Source: Mustelus asterias (lineage: Eukaryota). From it: 64,000 bases of DNA. Both the position numbers and the translations under genes were made by a program. The notes beneath the pieces were generated by a model. The model saw only the letters and a list, made by a program, of their open reading frames with translations, did no database searches and was not told the origin of the DNA. Shown in pieces: positions 50,057 to 62,935 of this stretch. Within the stretch, counting starts at the first letter, position 1. Each line of letters opens with the position of its first letter. The DNA is taken from contig NC_135811.1 of the NCBI RefSeq assembly GCF_964213995.1, positions 99,820,001 through 99,884,000 of the forward strand, written 5' to 3'.

Positions 50057-51332
50057 AATCAATTTTACCTTTAGGAAGGACAGAGACTGGTACACAAGTA
50101 GAGAGACCACACTGGATAAATTACTCTAGATGAGTTATGGAGAAATTCCCTTCCCCCTACTTACCCCCTCAAGGTTTTCTTCTCCCCCCCCCCCCCCCCC
50201 CCCCCTCTGTTGGAGCCACTGACTCATGCCGAGTTTGTTTACATGGGCACAAACTGCCCCCTGCTTCTTCACTCAAATAGCCATTTTTTATGTGTGAGCC
50301 TGGAAAGCGAGCAGCAGGACACGAATCAACCATAAAGAACATCAAGGTTCAGCCCAATTCTGTCTCACTCAAGGTACACATACATCTGCCTGCACAGATT
50401 TTTCCATTAGGGATCAGTGGTAGAGATCAGAAGAGCAAACTTCCATTTGTTTTCCCTCTCCCAAACCCAGCGGCTCTGACACCAACTGTAGCTTCACCAT
50501 TGATACCCAGCTGAGACAAACTAATTCATTGCAGCTGAGGTGTTGAACCTGGGACCTTCTAATCTGTGTAACTCTGTAGGACATTCACCAGCCAGAATTA
50601 ATGATTTATTGATACGCAATGTACCACTTATGTTTCTTCCAAATAAGAAGCTCAGATGTAATAATTTGAAGTTCAACGCATGTTGTCAGTGATGCCCTTC
50701 ACTCCCAGGCCCTGCAATGTGCAGAGGTTCATGTAGGAAATTTGATTTTGACTTCCTTTAAGATTTACATTTCCTACAAGACCCATGAGCTGATAAAGTA
50801 TTTCACAAATTGCAGGACTTTTGAATATTGGCCACAAATATACTTGCAGACATACTGCAGCAGGAGTAGCGACTAGCCCATCGGCTAGTCAACTAAACAT
50901 CAGACCCCCACCTGCAGTGCCTTCTACAAGTTTGTTACAAGTAAGCATGTTCAATTAAAACGGCAAAATAATTAACCAAATGGCTGAACAGAACAAAATC
51001 TTGAGACTTTTTCATTTTTAGATTAACTCTGTTTTCACTTCTCACTATTACTGGAGTGAAAGATTGTTATGCTTGTATAATTCTGTTGACCGTCATTTTA
51101 ATGAGACTGGAATGGGGTCGACAGGCAACTCCTACTGCGCCTACAGAACATGGTTACGGTAGACAATGTCTGCCACTTATATCCTGAGGAATCATCAGCG
51201 CACTAATCCACCATGAGCTTGCGTACCATTCTTTGGCACCATCTCTCTCAAGTACAATGAGTTTATTGCTGAAGCCATTTTATGCCAGTTGAACATTATG
51301 AGTCTTGTGCCATGCTCATTCCAAGCTGTTGC

Positions 51333-51790
51333 CAGCCATGGCTCAGCGGGGGACCCACACTCGCCTGAGTCACAAGGCTCCAGGTTCATGTTCCACTCCA
51401 GATCTTGAGCACAAAAATCAAGGCTGACACTTGATGCAATACTGAGGGAGTGTTTCCCGGTCGGAGGTCCTGTCCATCAAATGAGACATCAAACTGTAGC
51501 CCCATCTGGCTGTGTGGGTGGATGAAGAAGATTCAAAGTCACTAGTTTGAAGAGGAGCCGGGGCGTTAACCCTGGTGTTCTGGCCTTTATTCATCCCTAA
51601 GTCAACATCATAAAAATAGGTTATCTGGCCATCACCGGTTTGCTGTTTGTGGGAGCTTGCTCTGTGCAAAATTGGCTGCCACATTTCCTACATTACCAAG
51701 GTGACTACACTTAAAAATACTCCATTGGCTATAAAGCGCTTTGTGATGGATGGTGTTGTGAAGAGCGCTATATAAATATAAGTCTTTCTT
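51333..51790 (+). mobile_element. DeuSINE (SacSINE1-like), near full length
   Basis: tRNA-like head (TGGCTCAG...GGTTCATGTTCC), Deu-domain-like core (gctgtttgtgggagcttgctctgtgcaaaattggctgcc), tail gcgctatataaat...tctttctt. Confidence 0.75.
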
Positions 51791-53666
51791 TTACTTTTAC
51801 TTCTGCAGGGAAAAAAACTGGATTCTATTCACTGGACCATAAGAACGCGAGACATTTGGATTCAATTAGTGTGGACAATAATAACCTGGAGCCTTTTTTT
51901 TGGAGGGAAAGATCATTCTAAATACAGTATAAATAGATTTTTGAAGAACAGGCATAGGAGATACTGCAGTTTGTACAGACACATTGTTGAATGTAGCCTC
52001 TGGATGGGTTGGATTTTAGCTATGAACACTATTGCTTCATAATTATTGACCTGGCATGGCAGGCCAGGTAGCTATAACAGAAAATAAAGATGCTGCAGTA
52101 GTTGACTGCCAATTTACACAGCCCTGTCACTCCCTCACACATTTCCTTGTTCTGACCTGTTTTATTTTCAATGCAAGATAATTTTGTTACCTCAGCTGAT
52201 TTGAATGAAACCGTAACGCATATGGAGATGGTCACCATGGTTTCTGTGTCTTTATTTAATTGTCTATGGAAGATTTTTTTCTTTACAGTGCTGCCTGGAA
52301 TTGTTCCTGTTGCAGTGGTTTGTGCCCCCAAGAAACATCATTTTTTTTTGTTCCTTGGATAGGTTTAACTGATGCCGTTAACAAGCTGCCTCTGGTCGGT
52401 GTGCTTGGTCAAACTGGGTTTGCTGCCTTGATGGCAAAGGAAATGCATAAGTGAGCCACAGCAATGAGGAGAACTCAGATTCAATTGTTTAACCTACTTT
52501 GAGTTAGTGTCTCGCTACCCAAACAGCAGTTGGGGGTGCCTCAATTCCTATTGGCACCCTAGGCAAAGGGGTAGTTCCTGATTGCTACACTGCAATCCTG
52601 TCTTACTAGTGAAAGTTGAACAAGGACAAGACTGGATTTGACTGTAATACCCTCCACGAATCAATAGCCTTGCTCAAGCTCATTTGTTGACACAAAAGTG
52701 TGGGCAAGGTGCAAGAAGACTGCACATTTGTCACTAAAAAAAAAAGCAAGAGTGAGGTGGGGAGAAATCAATGCAGCACCAAAAACTAGCATGAAATGGG
52801 CATTGTACCTGGACTTGTGGTCAGTGTTTCATTGAATGGGCTTGCAGTATGTTGAGCTGCGCTAGTTGTAAGTAACAAATGTTACGTCATTTAAGTGAGG
52901 ATGTTATGTCTAATTGAACATCAGTGGTTTCAAATGCAACATACTTTAATAACCTGTCAGCACTCGGATTAAATGAAAGTGTCATTTTAGTCTTGTTATG
53001 TGTTTTTTATTATTGGTTAGTATTTGCAATTGCTGACATAAATATTTCTAATTTTAGGTGTAATTACTGATTGTTATTGCCTACTCCATTAAGCATTAGT
53101 GACCTTCCAGCCTTCATAGAATTGTAATTTGAGTTTTGTTGCATTTCAGCACTTGGGAGGTAATTGCCCTTGAAAAAATGTTTGCTTTCCCAGTTACCAC
53201 TTAAGCCCGTATGTTTCTTTCACTACTCCCTGCCCTCCAATCTTTGACTTTTATTTCCTGAAAGACTCTTTCTTGACTCTTGCTGGGGTACAGAACTCCG
53301 ACTGCCTTGCTCACACTGCTGAGGCTGGAGTAGTGAGTCTTGCAGCTGTTTAGCCATGGGGATCATTGCAGTCGAGTCTGGTCCTTACGGGGACATTCAC
53401 AAATGCACACTTTGTAGCAGGACTCCAATATGACAAAAATAATTTTTCACCTCCTAGGGTGCGGTGAGAACATTTATAGTACCTCTGTTGCTTTCACATC
53501 GTCTTTGTCGACCTTAAATCAACTCAGCCGTCAAAGACAGAGGATAGAATAATATCGTGGGGGAGGAAGGGTGGTGGCTGCTAGATGGCAAGCCAACCCC
53601 CACCCTGAAAACCATAATTCCCCACTCCTCATTTGACAGTAACAGGATTCATTTCCTTTTAAGAAT

Positions 53667-55125
53667 TGAGTCTCTTTGTCTCTTCACTGGACACAGGTGA
53701 GGTCCCAGAGGATTGGAGGATAGCAAATGTGGTCCCGTTATTTAAGAAGGGTAGCAAGGATAACCCGGGTAATTATAGGCCGGTGAGCTTGACGTCCATG
53801 GTAGGGAAGTTGTTGGAGAAGATTCTTAGAGATAGCATATATGCGCATTTAGAACCGAATAATCTCATTAGCGATAGACAGCATGGTTTTGTACTAGGGA
53901 GGTCATGCCTCACAAATTTGGTTGAGTTTTTTGAGGAGGTGACAAAAACGATTGATGAGGGAAGGGCCGTGGATGTCGTCTATATGGATTTTAGTAAAGC
54001 GTTTGATAAGGTCCCTCATGGCAGGCTGGTGCAAATGGTTAAATCTCACGGGATCAAAGGTGAGCTAGCTAGATGGGTGGAGAACGGGCTTAGCCATAGA
54101 AGACAGAGGGTAGCAGTGGAGGGGTCTTTTTCCGGTTGGAGGTCTGTGACTAGTGGTGTTCCGCAGGGCTCTGTACTGGGACCTCTGCTGTTTGTGATAT
54201 ATATAAATGATTTGGAGGAAGATGTAACTGGTCTGATCAGTCAGTTTGCGGACGACACGAAGATTGCTGGAGTTGCGGATAGTGATGAACATTGTCAGAG
54301 AATACAGCAGGATATAGATAGGTTGGAACATTGGAGGCAGAGAAATGGCAGATGGAATTTAATCCAGATAAATGTGAAATGATGCATTTCGGTAGATCTA
54401 ATGTAAGGGGGAGCTATACAATAAATGGCAGAACCATCAGGAGTATAGACACACAGAGGCACCTGGGTGTACAAGTCCACAGTTCCTTAAAGGTGGCAGC
54501 ACAGGTGGAGAGGGTGGTGAAGAAGGCATATGGCATGTTTGCCTTTATTGGACGGGGCATAGAATATAAAAGTTGGCATATGATGTTGCAGCTGTATAGA
54601 ACAATGGTTAGGCCACATTTGAAATACTGCGTCCAGTTCTGGTCGCCACACTACCAGAAGGACATGGAGGCTTTGGAGAGAGTACAGAGAAGGTTTACCA
54701 GGATGTTGCCTGGTATGGAGGGTCTTAGCTATGAGGAGAGATTGGGTAAACTGGGGTTGTTCTCCCTGGAAAGACGGAGGATGAGGGGCGACCTAATAGA
54801 GGTGTATAAAATTATGAAGGGCATAGATAGAGTGAACAGTGGGAAGCTTTTTCCCAGGTCGGAGGTGACGAACACAAGGGGTCACGGGTTCAAGGTGAGG
54901 GGGGGCAAGGTTCAACACAGATGTCAGGGGGACGTATTTTACACAGAGGGTGGTGGGGGCCTGGAATGCACTGCCAAGCAAGGTGATTGCGGCGGACATG
55001 CTATCTAGATAATCACATGAACAGACCGGGAATAGAAGGATACAAAAGAATGGTCTAGTGGGCACATGAGCGGCGCAGGCTTGGAGGGCCGAAGGGCCTG
55101 TTCCTGTGCTGTATTGTTCTTTGTT
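53667..55125 (+). mobile_element. CR1 LINE, 5'-truncated, with RT domain
   Basis: VPEDWRIANVVPLFKKG..NYRPVSLTS...QHGF..GRSCLTNL...DFSKAFDKVPH...GVPQGSVLGPLLF.IYINDL...FADDTK; frameshifts near 54335 and 54905. Confidence 0.95.
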
Positions 55126-55849
55126 CAATCTCAAGGGCAATTAGGGATGGGCAATAGATGCTGGTCTGATGCTCACGTCCCGTGAAAGAATAAATTAAAA
55201 ATGTCCAGGTTAAATTATGATCAATAGTACTTGAGCGAAGTAAAGGAGGACTCCTGATGTCTTAGAAAGGGACATGCATGTGACATGGTGTGTTCCTGTG
55301 CTGTTTTGTTCCTTGAGAGAGTATGATTTTCCAATTCTACAAGTGTTCCACTCTTTATTTGTCAAGGTTGTAGAGAATTATTCAGACAGGTTTTCTTTGC
55401 TTAAGCAATGAAAGGGGTAATTTTGTTGAAGTTATTCCTGAGCTTAAAACAGATATGAAAAATAGAATACCATTCATACGGTCACACACATTTGTCTGGG
55501 CCCATGCACACATTAGTACAGAGGGCACATGGACAGGCTTATAAGCATTCTACAGTCCACAAAATAAAAACTGGAAGTTATGGCTAGCTGTTTCCTGATT
55601 GGTCTCAGGAAAATGGTACGGCCATTTAGTTTAGCTGTAATACTGGATGCAGTTGTATGTATGGAGCAGATTTCCATGTTTTTAAAAGATCACAGTTCAT
55701 AGTTGTTTCCATCTTAGGTTGGTCACTTTACAAATCGGGTGCAGTACTTTCTGAGAGTTATAGAGAGAGGGCTCACAGCTCCTTTCCACTTCTCTCCTTT
55801 GCTTGGCAGGGGTTCCCTTGAAATGCTTTGCTGTATGTATGTTCCAAAG

Positions 55850-56345
55850 AGGCAGCATGGTGGCAAAATGGTTAGCACTGCTATCTCACAGCAAGAAGTT
55901 TAACAACACCAGGTTAAAGTCCAACAGGTTTATTTGGTAGCAAAAGTGTGGCTTTTGCTACCAAATAAACCTGTTGGACTTTAACCTGGTGTTGTTAAAC
56001 TTCTTACTGTATTTACCCCAGTCCAACGCCGGCATCTCCACATCATCTCACAGCGCCAGGGACCCAGGTTCAATTCTGGCCTCGGGTGACTGTCTGTGTG
56101 GAGTTTACACGTTCTCCCCGTGTCTGCGTGGGTTTCCTCCGGGTGCTCCAGTTTCCTGCCACAGTCCAAAAATATGCATGTTAGGTGGATTGGCCATGCT
56201 AAATTGCCCCTTAGTGTCAGGGGGGCCAGCAAGGTAAATACATGGGGTTATGGGGATAGGGCCTGGGTGGGATTGTTGTCAGTGCAGGCTCGATGGGCCG
56301 AATGGCCTCCTTCTGCACTGGAGGGATTCTGTGGATACTACGATT
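55850..56345 (+). mobile_element. V-SINE, tail A, split by a PLE hairpin
   Basis: Head interrupted after ATCTCACAGC and resumes at 56045. Confidence 0.88.
55893..56044. mobile_element. Penelope-like end, short fold-back lacking the hammerhead
   Basis: Perfect 54-bp arms 55893-55946/55952-56005; TSD ATCTCACAGC at 55883-55892 and 56045-56054. Confidence 0.88.
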
Positions 56346-58337
56346 CGTTCATGTCTGCTGCAGTTATTGTTTCAAAACAGATAATTTAATTTTGACATCT
56401 CATCTCAGAACTACTTGCAAAGTTTCCGCTTGGTGTGAACGGTCAGGTGATGGAGTCTTTCATGCACCCCTGGGGATTGATTGTTAACTTTATTTCAGCT
56501 TTGTGGCATGCGAAATTGTGTTTTGTAGCAGCTCAGCCTGTCTAGGCTGTTCCTTAAAAAGAAAACGCAAATGTCTATACAGGGTTCCAGTTTAAAATCC
56601 AACCAGTGAAAAGAATCAGAAATCATCCCTTCAAAACACTCATCCTGGTGACGTAGGGCATTAGTGCCATTGAGCCTCGAGGTATGTTCATAATATGGGA
56701 TAGGGATGCAGGCTAGTTATTCATGATCATATTTACCCAAACAAATGGGTTAAGTTTGTGCTCTCGTCGGTGACTTTGGTGCCCCGGTTGGCATGGGAGT
56801 GATGCCTCTTGATGTACGTGCTCCTGCCACTCACTTGTCATCCCTAAACCTTCAGATTACTGAAATGACAATGGAATTGCCTCTGGAATGTACTTATTTT
56901 CTTCCTGACTTTTTAAACACAGGCCTAGCAAAGCCCTTCTGAAGATTGGGACATTTGACTAGCAAAATTCAGCTGCAGACAAGCCAGCTAAAATTTAAAC
57001 ATGCCCAGACTCAGTGACACTCTGTCTCTGAGGAGCAAAAAAAAATGATATGGCAAAGAGGTTATTTGCTTAAGAGGAATTACCGTATTAGTACAAGATG
57101 ATAGATCTCTCTGTAGAGTTATACCCTTGAAGATATAAGATCAGGCTGTGCTCGTTATTGGTCAATTTAATTTGATCTTTGCAATGATTGACGACATGGC
57201 GCAGCTGCAATTTTCTCTTCCTAAATTTTCCGCTCGCTCTCCCTTTTTTTTTCCCTTTCCCAACCCTGTTATTGAATTCACACAACAGACATGAGTGATT
57301 ATGTGCGCAGTCTAATAGTTTAGTAATGAGCTCATTCTTTTGTGAATCGTGCTGCACAGCTTTAGGTTCTGGCTGTCGTTTTTCAGTTACAATAATAATT
57401 AGGTGTTGGAGCCAGAGCACCAGGCTCGCCACCCTGCTTCATTGTAATTCCTCAACCGTGGACCCCCCCCCCCCTCCCCCTCCCCGGTGACCCAGCCTTG
57501 TGAATTAATTGTGGTTTTACTTTAGCCATATGCTATCGGCGGCGTCCTAGCGGTGCCCCGTGTCATCGAGGGCACATTTCAGCGCAGGGAATGTGAACTC
57601 TGTGCCTGCCTCGGCACCCTTGGCTCAAAATTATATATGGGTCCCAAGGCAAGCGGAACACAGGACCCTACACACAGCTTGAGCCTCCAGCAAAGCTAAT
57701 GGCAAACTCCCAAGGAAAAATGGGTGAGAGGTATTCATGGTTCATGAGCAGTTTTGCTTTGCTTTGCAGTAGAAATAAGTCAAGTTCTGCTTTTCAAACT
57801 TGGAACTCCCTCTGGTGCTTTTGGATTTGAATTAAATGATTCTGTCCATTTACCCGTGCCTTTGGCCGTGGGCCTCCAATCGAATGTTAATCTCCCAGTA
57901 CTGACATAAGAAGCTATGTGACCTTTAAACAGATATGTTTGTTTGTTCTCTGGATTTTACGTTTAGAATCTCTTGTCCTGCTTTGGAATTCCTGCCGAAT
58001 TGTCGCTATTATTTTTCTACCTTCCTTCCATTTTACTGTTTTTTCCCTCCTCCTGAAAATCCCTCATGCAGCGCTCCATTGTCTAATCTAGGAGATGACC
58101 TAATCCCAGCACATCACGTCACTGCTCTATCGCCAGCCAGTGGGGTGGGGAGCGGGGGGGGGGGGGGGGGGGGGGGGTTTTGCAGGTTCAGCAGCTACGC
58201 CCCAAAGCTAAACTAATTGGGGAGGGTCTGACAAAAAAACGTAACCAACATTTTTAACACGCCACCAAGAATAAGGAATCCTGACTGAGAAATCCTGGCT
58301 CCTTAACCAACAACTTTCTTTTTCTGCCACTTCCCAG

Positions 58338-58498
58338 CTGTGCGAAATGACAGGAACAAGAAGAAGAAGGACACCCCCAAGCAGGAGTGTTCAGAAAGCT
58401 ACACAATCACACCCGAGACTGAGGATCTAATAGAGAAAGTACGCAAAGCCCATCAGGAAACATTTCCAGCTCTGTGCCAGCTTGGCAAATACACTACT
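58338..58498 (+). CDS. rara: Retinoic acid receptor alpha, coding exon (hinge/NLS and start of ligand-binding domain)
   Basis: Acceptor ttctgccacttcccag|CT and donor ACT|gtaagt; 161 bp; T+CT completes Ser across the phase-1 intron. Encodes [53 protein letters not shown]; ECSESY and FPALCQ are RAR-alpha-like. Confidence 0.96.
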
Positions 58499-58845
58499 GT
58501 AAGTATCAGTGATAAGCATTATGCACTAACTAACTACGCTCAATACCAGTGCTGAGTGCACTAATACATTACTGTAAGATTAATAACTCTAGTTTAGACA
58601 GTGTCAGATGTATTACTGGTAGTGCCATTGTTTAAACAAGCTCCAGTGGCAACTATGCTAGAAAATATTATGCTATATTGAATTACTGTAAGTATCACAG
58701 GTGCTGCATTGAAGACAAACATTAATATCATGGGCTTGTATTTAAACTCAAGTGTATCAGTTGAACCATTTTCATGAATAGTGATGTGAGACAGGAAGTC
58801 CCAGCAGTGTATGCACATTAACCGCTCGTTGTTTTTAAAGTTTTA

Positions 58846-59143
58846 AAGTTTATTTATTAGTGTCACAAGTAGGCTTACATTATCACTACAATGAAGTTAC
58901 TGTGAAAATCCCCTAGTTGCCACACCCCGGCGCCTGTTCGGGCAACACTGAGGGAGAATTTAGCATGGCCAATGCACCTAACCAGCATGTCTTTCGGGCT
59001 GTGGGAGGAAACCGGAGCACCCGGAGGAAACCCACGCAGACACGGGGAGAACGTGCAGACTCTGCGCAGACAGTGACCTGAGCTAGGAATGGAAGCCGGG
59101 TCCCTGGCGCTGTGAGGCAGCAGTGCCAACCACTGTGCCACCA
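58846..59143 (-). mobile_element. V-SINE, tail B
   Basis: Reverse complement of a full SINE. Confidence 0.9.
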
Positions 59144-59144
59144 T

Positions 59145-59194
59145 TTGCTACCAAATAAACCTGTTGGACTTTAACCTGGTGTTGTTAAAACTCT
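59145..59194 (+). mobile_element. 50-bp Penelope-like end fragment in a SINE head
   Basis: TTGCTACCAAATAAACCTGTTGGACTTTAACCTGGTGTTGTTAAAACTCT flanked by CACCAT (59139-59144 and 59195-59200). Confidence 0.8.
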
Positions 59195-60045
59195 CACCAT
59201 GCCACACCGTTGGTGTTCACACAAGAACAATTGCTACTTTGGCTCGGGTACTAGAGACCTGGACCTGTATTCTAACATGGTGTCAATGCCTTGAAGGAAG
59301 GGGAGCTGATTGGCAGAACAAGACAGGTAAGGAGCAGATCCATATCTAGGAATGGCACAGGACAGGATCCCTATTCACAGCTAGTGCATCAGGTTGAAGA
59401 AAGAATTAGTGGAAGAAGAATCTGTAAAACTGTTGGATACCCACCTTGTAGCCAGGTACAGGCTGTCTAGTTGTCAAGACAAAGACCAGGAAATGAGGGT
59501 TACGGACATTGAATAAATACACAACAATTAGTATCCAATTTACGCATACAATACAGCTACATCTACTGCATTAGTTCTGCAAATACTGGAGGTGATTTCA
59601 AGTCACAATCTGTGTTTTTATTTATTTTTGGCCAATATATACACAAATAAGAAATCCATCTGTGCAAATACAAGCTCCAGATCGAGGAGGCAGGATCACA
59701 GTGAGATTACCATTCATCTCCAGCCCATTCATTATTCCATGTAAACACAAGCAATGGCTTTGCAATCTAACTGGTGCAATAAACATTTGAAGATACTGAG
59801 TGTTAATAGGCAGCTTACAGTAGCATTCAGTTTAAAAATCAGCATTAAATATAAGCTTTTCTTAGCTTACTCAGTTGACAGTCAAAACTGCCAAGAATCA
59901 AGTCCCTTCAGCATTCTTCAAAAGAACAATGAGCTGAACTTTCACACACAGTCCACTAAGGTTCCTGTATTTGTGATGTAAGTAATACATTTGTTGGAAC
60001 ACCAAGTTGATTTGTAAGATTTCCAGAAGTGCCACTCCAAATAGA

Positions 60046-60216
60046 TCATAGAATCCTACAGTGCAGAAGGAGGCCATTCGGCCCATTGCATCTGCACTGA
60101 CCACAATCCCACCCAGGTCCCATCCCCATAACCCCATACATTTACCCTGGCAAGTCCCCCTGACACTAAGGGGCACTTTAGCATGGCCAATCCACCTAAC
60201 CCGCACATCTTTTGGA
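60046..60216 (-). mobile_element. V-SINE 3' half, tail A
   Basis: Reverse complement of the tail. Confidence 0.85.
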
Positions 60217-60489
60217 TCATTGATATTCTTTACTCCCTGCCATGGGATTTGCCCCACATTCACAGGAAATTTATTTATAATGCTGAGATTCTGACCTATG
60301 ACTAACTGAGGATGCCAACCAATATTTTACTGCCATGGGACAACACGGTGGGTCTAAATATACTGCTTTGGTATCTTAGAAATGACCAGCCCAAAATTAT
60401 GCCATGGAGTAGCAATGTTCAAATATTAATCTGTAATCTAAAATTGGATGCTAATCCATTTAATGTAAATTTAAAGTAAATGGGTTATG

Positions 60490-60785
60490 GGTGGCACAGT
60501 GGTTGGAGTTCCGCCTCACAGCACCAGAGACCTGGGTTCGATTCCTGGCTTGGATGACTGTGCGGAGTCTGCACATTCTCCTCGTGTCTGCGTGGGCCTC
60601 CTCCGGGTGCTCCGGTTTCCTTCCACAGACTTAAGATGCGCAGGTTAGGTTGATTGGCCATGGCCCCTTAGTGTCAGGGGGAATAGCAGGGTAAATACGT
60701 GGGGTTACAGGGATAGGGCCTGGGTGGGATTGTTGTTGATGGGCTGAATAACCTGCTTCTGCACTGTAGTGATCCTGTGATTCTA
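60490..60785 (+). mobile_element. V-SINE, tail A
   Basis: Head, V-domain and shortened tail. Confidence 0.85.
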
Positions 60786-60799
60786 GTATAGAGGTCCTG

Positions 60800-62115
60800 T
60801 GTTCCAGAACTAACTGAGCCCACAGCCAAGTTGTTCAGGTACAGCTACAACACTGGCATCTACCCAGCAATTTGGGAAACTGCCCAGTTATGTTGTCCAC
60901 AAAAAGCAGGATAATCCAATCCGGCATGGCACTCGCACAGCAATAACCTGCTCATTGATACTCGGCTTGAGTTCTGCAAGAACTCAACACCTGGACACAG
61001 CCTTAGTCCAAATATAGACAAAAGAGCTAAACACCAGAGATGAGGCAAAAATGAAAATAAAGGTGGCACTTGACTTGAGTATGGCATCAAGGAACCCTAG
61101 TAAAACTGGAGTCAATGGGAATCAGGATGAAAACTCTCCACTGGTTGGAGTTATACCTAGCACAAAGGAAGATGGTTGTGGTGGTTGGAGGTCAATCTTC
61201 TTAGTTCCAGGAATCACTGCAGGAGTTCCTTGGGGTAGTATCCTAGGCCCAACCATCTTCAGCTGCTTCATCAATGACTTTCCCTCCATCATAAGGTCAG
61301 AAGTGGGGATATTTTCTGTTGGTGGCACAATGTTTAACGCCATTCATGGCTCCTCAGAGTCTGAAACAGTCCATGTCCAAATGCATTCAGATCTGGACAA
61401 TATTCCAGTTTGGGTTGATAAATGGCAAGTAATATTTGTGCCACACAAGCACCAAGCAATTACCATCTCCAACAAGAGAGAATCCAACTACTATCAACAT
61501 CCTGGGGGTTAGCATTGGCCAACAGCTGAATTGCACCAGCCATATAAATACTGTGGCTATTAGAGCAGGTCAGCGGCTGGGAATCCTGTGGAGATTTACT
61601 CACTTCCTGACTGTCCAAGGACTACCCACCATCCACAAGGCACAAATCAGGAGTGTGATGGAATACTTGCCACTTGCCTGGATAAGTACAGCTCCAGCAA
61701 CACTCAAGAAGCTCAACATCATCCACGCCAAATCAGCCCAATTGATTGGCACCCCAACCACCACCTTTAACATCAACTCCCCCTACCACCAACGCATAAT
61801 GGCAGCAGAGTGTACCATCTATAAAATGCATTGCAGCAACTCATTGAGCCTAATTCAACAGCACCTTCCAAACTCATGACCCCTACCATCTAGAAGGACA
61901 AGGGCAGTAGATTCATGGAACAGCACCACCTGCAAGTTCTTCTCCAAGCCCCTCATCATCCTGACTGACAGTTGCTGGTCAAAATCTTGGAACTCCCTCC
62001 TTAATAGCACTGTGGGTGTTCCTACACCACATGGACTGAAGTGGCAATTCATCACCACCACCTCGGGGACAATTAGAGATGAACAATAAAATTGCTTCCT
62101 GTGAAATAATTTTTT
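60800..62115 (+). mobile_element. Degenerate LINE (CR1/L2-group) RT region and 3' end
   Basis: ITAGVPWGSILGPTIFSCFINDFP...LDNIPVWVDKWQVIF...AGQRLGIL...KAQIRSVMEY.PLAW, with deletions and frameshifts. Confidence 0.85.
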
Positions 62116-62331
62116 TAAATGCATATCATTGAAATCTGAACCTTGTTTGATTTTGTTTATGTGGCGCTTAGAGCCATGGTTGATAGCAATGTCTGAATTA
62201 AAAATGTGATCCCCATTTACCTTTGATCTAAAAATCAGTAATATTATTTTTAAAACTGTGGTCAACAACAGATGTAGTTGATTAATTATGTAGATCATTG
62301 AGTACCTTTTACAGGAGGCCAGACATATCTG

Positions 62332-62519
62332 TAGAATCCCTACTGTGCAGAAGAAGGCCATTCGGCCCATCACGTCTGCACCAACTCTCCGACAGAGCAT
62401 CCCACCCAGGCCTTTTTCACGTAACCCCATGTATTTACCCCACTAATCTCCCCACCCCACACATCTCTGGACATAAGGGACAATTTAGCATGGCCAATCC
62501 ACCTAACCTGCACATCTTC
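62332..62519 (-). mobile_element. V-SINE 3' half, tail A
   Basis: Reverse complement of the tail. Confidence 0.8.
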
Positions 62520-62659
62520 AGATATCTTAATTCATCCAGTCTACCAGCAAGAATATGGTTAAACATCTCTTGATGTCCATGTTATGAGTTTCCATCAGGG
62601 GAAGCTAGGTGCCTGGAACAAGAATTCTGTAAAATTGGGCCATGCAGGCAATTTGGTCT

Positions 62660-62935
62660 CCTTTATGCCTGTGGTTCCTTTGATGTAATGAGTTGTCCCT
62701 GGGCGCTTCACAGGGCATTATAAAACAAAGTAAATGTGATGCGACATAATGAGGTGATCAAGAACTTGGTCAAAGAGGTAGGTTTTAAGGAGTGTCCTAC
62801 AAGAGGAAAGTGAGGTAGAGAAGTGGAGACAGAATATTCCTGAGCTTGTGGCCTTGGCAACCAAAGGAGTACCCACCAATTGGAGAACGACTAGAATTGG
62901 AGATGCACAAGAGGCCAGAATTAGAGGAGCGCAGA
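62660..62935 (-). mobile_element. L2-type LINE 3' fragment
   Basis: cttggtcaaagaggtaggttttaaggagtgtc...aagaggccagaattagaggagcgcaga matches 20449-20760. Confidence 0.6.

Noticed and set aside
50185-50205. Poly-C/poly-G tracts (also 4089-4108 and 58155-58177) as G-quadruplex elements
   Set aside because: Simple homopolymers with no evidence of function, and their length is error-prone in assemblies.
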